DNA of 32,000 nucleotides from Thermodesulfobacterium commune DSM 2178 (GTDB lineage Bacteria > Desulfobacterota > Thermodesulfobacteria > Thermodesulfobacteriales > Thermodesulfobacteriaceae), in the NCBI RefSeq assembly GCF_000734015.1, contig NZ_CP008796.1:1440001-1472000 (forward strand). The letters run 5' to 3'. The notes below the pieces were generated by a model. That model was not told where the DNA came from. It worked only from the letters and a program-made list of their open reading frames with translations, and searched no databases. Each line of letters starts with the position of its first letter. The stretch's first letter is position 1. This document shows, piece by piece, positions 26,552-32,000 of this stretch. Made by a program: the position numbers and the translations under genes.

Positions 26552-28075
26552 ATGAAAGAGCAAAAGAGCTTTATTGAAGTTACCTTCCCTATAAAAGAGG
26601 TTAGCGAAGAGTCAGCAAGGGAGAAGAACATAAGGCATGGGCATATTTCAACCTTACATATCTGGTGGGCAAGGCGTCCTCTTGCCTCATCAAGGGCAAC
26701 AACTTATGCTGCCCTAATTCCTTACCCATCAACGGAAAAGGAAGCTAAGGAAAAGGCTAAATTCATCGTTGAGCTTTCTAAATGGGAAAATTCTCTAAAA
26801 GAGGACCTTATCCAAAAGGCAAGGGAAGACATTCTTAAGACAAACGGTGGGAAGCCTCTACGCGTGTTAGACCCCTTTTCTGGCGGTGGCTCAATTCCCT
26901 TAGAGTGCTTAAGGCTTGGGTTAGAGACCCATGCGGTGGAGTATAATCCCGTTGCGGTCCTTATTCTAAAATGCACCCTTGAGTATCCTCAAAGGTATGG
27001 AAGACAAAACAAGGTTAAAAAAGATGAAGGCTTGTTCAATTTTGAAAAAGAAGAAAGTCCGCTTATTGCGGATGTCAGGAAATGGGGGGAGTGGGTTTTA
27101 GAGAAAGCAAGAGAGGAGATAGGAAAGTTTTATCCTGCAGATGAGGACGGCTCAGTCCCAGCAGGTTATATCTGGGCAAGGACAATACCTTGTCAAAACC
27201 CCTCTTGCGGAGCAGAAACTCCGCTTATGCGCCAGTTTTGGCTTGCAAGAAAGGAAAATAAGATGATTTCGCTCTATCCTTTTGTTCATGAAGGAAGGGT
27301 TGAGTTTGCTATAGTGAAGAAAAACGGAGATGAATGGCAGGTAGTAGAGAGCTCTATCCCTGGATTTAGCCCGAAGGTTCCCTTTAACTTTGAGCCAGAA
27401 AAGGGGACGGTTTCTCGAGCCATCGCCGTTTGCCCTGTCTGCGGGGGCATGGTTGATGACAAGCAAGTAAGAAGGCTTTTTCAAGAAGGGAAGGCTGGGC
27501 AAAGGATGGTAGCCGTTGTCTTAAGTAGACCTCAAGGCAAAGCCTACAGGTTAGCAACTAAAAGAGATGTCGAATTTTATAGAAAAGCGGAAGAATATTT
27601 GGAGGAAAAGAGGGAAAAGCTCTGGGAAGAGTGGGGAATTGACCCTGTGCCGGATGAAGAAATTGATCCAAATTCATTAAAGCCGAGAACAATGTGGCTA
27701 TATGGGATGAGTAGATGGGGCGACCTTTTCAACTCCCGCCAAAAGTTAGCGCTGATTACCTTTACTGAAAAGGTCCGTCTTGTGTATAATAAAATGATAG
27801 AAGAGGGATACGATAAAGATTACGCTAAGGCGGTTGTGAGTTATTTGGGCTTGGGAGTAAACAGGTTGGCAATTTATGCTACCACTTTTGGATATTGGCA
27901 TAACACCAGGGAATTAGTAAATCCAGGTATGGGTAGACAAGCTCTAGCTATGACATGGGATTATTCGGAAGTCAATCCTTTTGGTGGTAATGCTGACTGG
28001 GAATCTGCTATAAGTTGGATTATTTACGTCCTCTCCCACCTCACCCAAATCCCACCGGTGGAGACTGAGGAATGA
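26552..28075 (+). CDS. DUF1156-type DNA methyltransferase, N-terminal half (DUF1156 + SAM motif I + Zn ribbon)
   Basis: FPIKEVSEESAREKNIRHGHISTLHIWWARRPLASSRA (DUF1156 signature), VLDPFSGGGSIPLEC (FxGxG motif I), and CQNPSCGAE...CPVCGG (Zn ribbon, COG1743-like). This ORF has no DPPY motif. ATG 26552 lies 2 nt after the helicase stop. The ORF track starts at 26522. Confidence 0.8.
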   Translation: MKEQKSFIEVTFPIKEVSEESAREKNIRHGHISTLHIWWARRPLASSRATTYAALIPYPSTEKEAKEKAKFIVELSKWENSLKEDLIQKAREDILKTNGGKPLRVLDPFSGGGSIPLECLRLGLETHAVEYNPVAVLILKCTLEYPQRYGRQNKVKKDEGLFNFEKEESPLIADVRKWGEWVLEKAREEIGKFYPADEDGSVPAGYIWARTIPCQNPSCGAETPLMRQFWLARKENKMISLYPFVHEGRVEFAIVKKNGDEWQVVESSIPGFSPKVPFNFEPEKGTVSRAIAVCPVCGGMVDDKQVRRLFQEGKAGQRMVAVVLSRPQGKAYRLATKRDVEFYRKAEEYLEEKREKLWEEWGIDPVPDEEIDPNSLKPRTMWLYGMSRWGDLFNSRQKLALITFTEKVRLVYNKMIEEGYDKDYAKAVVSYLGLGVNRLAIYATTFGYWHNTRELVNPGMGRQALAMTWDYSEVNPFGGNADWESAISWIIYVLSHLTQIPPVETEE

Positions 28076-28563
28076 TGGATAAAGAGACCGCAAAAAAGGT
28101 TTTAGAGATAATGCTTACCGCTGATGGGGGATGCGAATATTGCGTTAGAAACCTTTATCTGCAGTTCATAAAGGAATTCCCGCAGTATTCTTACCTTGCC
28201 AGAAAGCTTTATAGGAAAACCTTTAATCAAGAGCTTGTAACCGAAGATATGGCAGAAGATATAATAAAAGAGGTCATCAATGAGACATTAAAAGCATACA
28301 ACTTGGAAGGGGAAAAGATAATTCTTTTTGGGTCAAGAGCAAGGGGCACCCAAAGAAAAGACAGCGATTGGGATATTCTTGTTGTTGTAAAACAACCTGT
28401 TGCTAAAGAAACCAAACAGAAATTATTTAAAGAAATTACCGAAAGGCTTTCCTATTACTTAATTCCTTGTGATGTGATAATAAAATCAGTTAAGGATCTT
28501 GAGTTTTACAAGAACTTTTATGGAACTGTCACTTATGAAGCCTTAAAAGAAGGGCACTCTTGA
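28072..28563 (+). CDS. Nucleotidyltransferase-domain protein (MNT-like) with an unassigned ~70-aa N-terminal extension
   Basis: ILFGSRARGTQRKDSDWDILVV carries the GS...DxD minimal NTase motif. I do not recognise the N-terminal MMDKETAKKVLEIMLTADGGCEYCVRNLY.... Its ATG overlaps the upstream TGA (ATGA). Confidence 0.65.
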   Translation: MMDKETAKKVLEIMLTADGGCEYCVRNLYLQFIKEFPQYSYLARKLYRKTFNQELVTEDMAEDIIKEVINETLKAYNLEGEKIILFGSRARGTQRKDSDWDILVVVKQPVAKETKQKLFKEITERLSYYLIPCDVIIKSVKDLEFYKNFYGTVTYEALKEGHS

Positions 28564-28574
28564 GGTTATAAAAA

Positions 28575-28871
28575 ATGAAAACAATTGAAGAAATAAAGAG
28601 AATACTTGCGGAGCATAAATCAGAAATAAGAGAAAAATATGGAGTAGTAATAGTTGGCATCTTTGGGTCCTATGCAAGAGGAGAACAAAAGGAAACAAGC
28701 GATATAGATATTATCGTAGAACTTGATAGACCAGTTGGATTAGATTTTTATGAATTTTGGGACTACATTGAAAATCTTTTTGGAACAAAAGTAGATGTTT
28801 TAACACTAAGCGCACTTAAACAGAAACCTTTGCTTTGGGAAAAAGTAAAGGACAATATTGTCTATGTCTAA
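28575..28871 (+). CDS. mntA: Minimal nucleotidyltransferase antitoxin (MntA-like)
   Basis: 98 aa with GIFGSYARGEQKETSDIDIIVELD. It lies directly upstream of a HEPN/DUF86 gene and overlaps it. Confidence 0.85.
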   Translation: MKTIEEIKRILAEHKSEIREKYGVVIVGIFGSYARGEQKETSDIDIIVELDRPVGLDFYEFWDYIENLFGTKVDVLTLSALKQKPLLWEKVKDNIVYV

Positions 28872-29217
28872 ACCTAATAGGGATTGGAAACTATTAATCT
28901 TAGACATTTTAGAAAGTATCAATAAGATTGAAAGGTATACTGAAGGAATGGATTACGAGCTTTTTGAAAAGGCAGAACAAACTAAGGATGCTGTAGTAAG
29001 AAATCTTGAAATAATAGGAGAAGCCTCAAGCAAAATCCCTAAAGATATACAACAAAAATACAACCATATCCCTTGGGGTAAGATAATAGCAATGCGAAAC
29101 AGAATGATCCATGGCTACTTTACTATAGATTATCGTATTGTTTGGAAAATTATAAAAGAAGACTTACCTGAGCTTAAGGAACAGTTAGAACAAACTCTAA
29201 AAAAGGAGAAAGGATGA
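28864..29217 (+). CDS. hepT: HEPN-domain (DUF86) toxin (HepT-like RNase)
   Basis: RNLEIIGEA and RNRMIHGY (the Rx4-6H HEPN motif). There is an 8-nt ATGTCTAA overlap with mntA. The ORF track starts at TTG 28858. Confidence 0.85.
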   Translation: MSKPNRDWKLLILDILESINKIERYTEGMDYELFEKAEQTKDAVVRNLEIIGEASSKIPKDIQQKYNHIPWGKIIAMRNRMIHGYFTIDYRIVWKIIKEDLPELKEQLEQTLKKEKG

Positions 29218-30452
29218 AGAAAATCATAATCCCCACAGTCCTTCAAGCCTCAGCAACAGAACTACCTTATCCAGATAACTACTTTGACGCCGTCTTCACC
29301 GACCCGCCCTATTATGATAATATCAATTATGCAGAACTTTCTGACTTCTTTTATGTTTGGCTAAAAAGGAGTATAGGAGATCTATACCCAGAATTATTTT
29401 CTACCCCATTGGTTCCTAAGAGTAAAGAAATTGTAGCAAATCCGGTAAGACATGGAGGAGAAGCAAAAGCAAAAGAATTTTTTGAAACTATGCTCAAAAG
29501 AGCCTTCCAGGAAATTTACCGGGTTTTAAAGCCAAACGGTATAGCGGTAATTGTTTACACCCACAAGTCAACTTCTGGTTGGGAAACAATGATAAACTCC
29601 CTTTTAGACTCAGGGTTAGTGCCTACGGCAAGCTGGCCTATTGATACTGAGATGAAAACCAGATTAATAGCTAAAGATTCTGCCGCCCTTGCTTCATCCA
29701 TCTACATAGTTTGTAGGAAGATGGAAAGGGAAGATATTGGATGGTTTAGCGATGTGAAAAAGGAGATAAGAGAAAGGATTTTTAACAACCTCCTTTGGGA
29801 AGAAGGTATTGCTGGACCAGATTTTTTTATTGCCTGCATAGGGTCAGCCATAGAAGTTTTTGGCAGGTATAAAAAAGTTATGGATTACGAAGGAAATGTG
29901 ATAAGGGCAGATAAGCTTCTTGAGTTTGTGCGAGAGGTGGTAACCGAGTATGCAATAAAGCAGATTTTACACAATGGCATTGCTGGAGAGCTTTCAGCTT
30001 TGACTAAGTTTTACATCCTTTGGAGATGGTCTTTTAGGGAAGCTAAGGTTGAGTTTGACGAGGCAAGAAAGCTTGCCCAAAGCATAGGCGTTCATTTAGA
30101 AAGAGTATGGAATAGAAGCTTCATCAAAAGGGATAGAAACTACATAAAGGTTCTTGGTCCACAAGACAGAAGATTAGAAGACATTGAAAACATGAGAGAA
30201 AAAGATTTGATAGATGTTTTGCATCAAGTTTTGCTCCACTGGTCTAAAGGAAGACGAGATGAGATGAAGAGGGTACTTAAAGAGACTGGATATGGTGAGA
30301 ATGATGCCTTTTACCGAGTTGCTCAAGCTGTATCCGAAACTTTACCAAACGACAGCAAAGAAAAGAAGCTTCTTGATGGCTTTTTATCAGGGAAAGATAG
30401 GCTTATATTGGAAATAAAAGATATAAAGGACAAACAAGGGAGGTTGTTATAA
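29214..30452 (+). CDS. DUF1156-type DNA methyltransferase, C-terminal half (catalytic motif IV DPPY)
   Basis: LPYPDNYFDAVFTDPPYYDNINYAELSDFFYVWLKR, the DPPY N6A/N4C catalytic motif in its family-typical context. No motif I in this ORF. Its ATG overlaps the hepT TGA (ATGA). Confidence 0.8.
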   Translation: MKKIIIPTVLQASATELPYPDNYFDAVFTDPPYYDNINYAELSDFFYVWLKRSIGDLYPELFSTPLVPKSKEIVANPVRHGGEAKAKEFFETMLKRAFQEIYRVLKPNGIAVIVYTHKSTSGWETMINSLLDSGLVPTASWPIDTEMKTRLIAKDSAALASSIYIVCRKMEREDIGWFSDVKKEIRERIFNNLLWEEGIAGPDFFIACIGSAIEVFGRYKKVMDYEGNVIRADKLLEFVREVVTEYAIKQILHNGIAGELSALTKFYILWRWSFREAKVEFDEARKLAQSIGVHLERVWNRSFIKRDRNYIKVLGPQDRRLEDIENMREKDLIDVLHQVLLHWSKGRRDEMKRVLKETGYGENDAFYRVAQAVSETLPNDSKEKKLLDGFLSGKDRLILEIKDIKDKQGRLL

Positions 30453-32000
30453 ATGAGACCTTTTACTACAGTTGCTGTACCTCATGATGATATCTTAAAA
30501 GAGAAACTTACGATGGATGTATTTGCCGCTGACCTATGGCAAGTCTATAAAGGATCTGCTCCAGCCGAATATCAAGACCCAAGAGAGTTTTTTAGGAAGA
30601 CCTTTTTGACAAAAGGAATGTCTTACTTAATTGATGTGGTAAGGAAAAGGCTTGAAGGAAGGGGTGGGGACTCGGTTATACAGCTTCAGACACCTTTCGG
30701 CGGTGGAAAAACCCATTCTTTGATAGCTTTATACCACAAAGCAAAGACAGAATTCAACGCTAAGGTAGTTGTTCTCAGCGGAACTGCATTTGACCCAAGA
30801 GACACTTTCTTGTGGGAAGAAATAGAAAGACAACTGACAGGTAAAGTTGATATTTTAAAGGGTAATATATCACCTGGTAAAGAGAAGTTAAGAAAAGTAT
30901 TAGAAAATCATCAACCTTTATTAATCCTTATGGATGAAATTCTTGCATATACTATCAAAGCTGATGGAGTTAAGGTTGGGAATACTACTTTAGGAGATCA
31001 AACCCTGTGTTTTATACAAGAGCTTACTGAGACTTTGTCAACATTATCTAATGCTGTATTAGTTTTTACTTTACCTTCTAGTCTGCTTGAACATTTTGAT
31101 GAAAAAGGAGAAAAAAGATTTCAACAACTTCAAAAATTTGTTGGAAGGATGGAAAAGGTTCTTACACCGATTGAAGACGAAGAGGTTGCCCATGTAATAA
31201 GAAAAAGACTTTTTAAGTATGTTGATGAGAGCTTAGCTGAAGAAATAATCCAGGAGTTTACTGATTATGCAGAAAGAGAAGGCTTTTTAAAAATGGACAA
31301 AGTTTTATACAAGCAAAGATTTAAGGCCAGCTATCCTTTTCAACCAGAGGTTATTGATGTTTTATACAAAAGATGGGGCTCTTTCCCAACCTTTCAGAGA
31401 ACAAGAGGAGTTTTAAGGCTCCTTGCCCTTGTTGTTAAGTCTTTAAAAGATTCAAACTTACCTTTTATCAGCCTTGGGGACATTGATCTATCCAACGAAG
31501 AAATTAGAAGAGAGCTTATTAAACATATTGGGTCTGAATATGATAGCGTAATAGCAGCTGACATTACTTCTTCAAACTCTGGAGCTAAAAAAGTAGACGC
31601 CTCTCTTGGATTATCCTATTTATCCTTTAGATTGGGCACAAAAATTGCAACAACCATTTTCATGTATTCTTTTTCAGGTGGACCAGAAAAGGGCGCAACT
31701 CTTAGTGAAATTAAGCTTTCCTGTGCAAGACCAGAATTTCAAAGTAGCATAATTGTTGAAGCTTTAGAAAAGTTAAGAAATACTCTTTTCTACCTTTCTG
31801 ACTCCGAAAGCATATATCTTTTCACAAATAAGCCGAACCTTAATCGCATTCTTCTTATCAAGATGGACGGGATAAGTGAAGCAAGATTAATTGAAGAGGA
31901 AGAACATTTGTTAAAGCAGGTATTTAAAAAATCTGAACACTTTGATATATATATTTGCCCAAAACATACAAGGGACATACCAGACTCAGAAAAACTTAAG
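30453..32000 (+). CDS. DUF499-type (COG1483-like) ATPase; the C-terminus runs off the window
   Basis: I translated it by hand from ATG 30453, with GGGAGG about 10 nt upstream: MRPFTTVAVPHDDILKEKLTMDVFAADLWQVYKGSAPAEYQDPREFFRKTFLTKGM...IQLQTPFGGGKTHSLIALYH (P-loop) ...LLILMDEILAY (Walker B-like). It stays open to base 32000 and is absent from the ORF track because it has no in-window stop. Confidence 0.8.
   Translation, partial: MRPFTTVAVPHDDILKEKLTMDVFAADLWQVYKGSAPAEYQDPREFFRKTFLTKGMSYLIDVVRKRLEGRGGDSVIQLQTPFGGGKTHSLIALYHKAKTEFNAKVVVLSGTAFDPRDTFLWEEIERQLTGKVDILKGNISPGKEKLRKVLENHQPLLILMDEILAYTIKADGVKVGNTTLGDQTLCFIQELTETLSTLSNAVLVFTLPSSLLEHFDEKGEKRFQQLQKFVGRMEKVLTPIEDEEVAHVIRKRLFKYVDESLAEEIIQEFTDYAEREGFLKMDKVLYKQRFKASYPFQPEVIDVLYKRWGSFPTFQRTRGVLRLLALVVKSLKDSNLPFISLGDIDLSNEEIRRELIKHIGSEYDSVIAADITSSNSGAKKVDASLGLSYLSFRLGTKIATTIFMYSFSGGPEKGATLSEIKLSCARPEFQSSIIVEALEKLRNTLFYLSDSESIYLFTNKPNLNRILLIKMDGISEARLIEEEEHLLKQVFKKSEHFDIYICPKHTRDIPDSEKLK

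Noticed and set aside
1991-28415. Many 60-116-aa ORFs antisense to, or nested in, large genes (e.g. 1991-2188, 3505-3750, 4384-4680, 7780-8088, 10683-10934, 14971-15168, 16290-16517, 17423-17677, 18729-18959, 19619-19825, 21270-21602, 24485-24778, 25718-26035, 26722-26976, 27152-27502, 28227-28415)
   Set aside because: They are low-complexity, S/L/F/I-rich mirror-frame products of AT-rich coding DNA. None has an RBS or a recognisable motif, and each overlaps a well-supported gene.
23244-32000. Apparent GC mosaic (GC-richer helicase N-terminus and methylase halves, AT-richer TA cassette) as evidence of horizontal transfer and later cassette insertion
   Set aside because: My hand counts of single 60-nt lines ranged from about 27% to 53% GC within single genes: the helicase at 23521 versus 25861, and DUF499 at 30661 versus 31081. 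Local composition therefore tracks motif content too strongly to support a mosaic claim without a proper sliding-window or codon-usage calculation.

Overview
The window is AT-rich, and the proteins are rich in K, E and I, which suggests a thermophile. Pal and Skp/OmpH indicate a Gram-negative-type envelope. My low-confidence guess is an anaerobe of the Thermodesulfobacteriota type. There are four blocks. (1) 1-6137, minus strand: a methyl-branch Wood-Ljungdahl operon, fhs-folD-[CODH-like/ferredoxin ORF]-mvhD-like-metV-metF. (2) 6138-12807: housekeeping genes (YkgJ-like Cys-cluster protein, pal, skp, glk, tsaE, a secreted double M16 peptidase). They are bracketed by two long AT-rich intergenic regions that share a repeated element. 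One copy is interrupted by a C-depleted, GGA-rich tract. (3) 12820-23221: a complete type I-B-like CRISPR-Cas locus, cas6-cas3'-cas3''-cas8b-cas7-cas5-[ATPase relic]-cas4-cas1-cas2-leader-array. The array has 22 repeats in two variant blocks. (4) 23244-32000: a tightly packed operon that starts 22 nt after the last CRISPR repeat. It encodes an SNF2 helicase with a DUF3883-type nuclease-like C-terminus, a DUF1156-type Zn-ribbon DNA methyltransferase and a DUF499-type ATPase. This is a methylation-associated defence architecture known mainly from comparative genomics. The most unusual observation is in this operon. The methyltransferase is split cleanly between SAM motif I and catalytic motif IV (DPPY) by a nested NTase-MNT-HEPN toxin-antitoxin cassette, and both junctions are ATGA stop/start overlaps. 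All calls rest on reading the sequence and on remembered family motifs. No database search was run.
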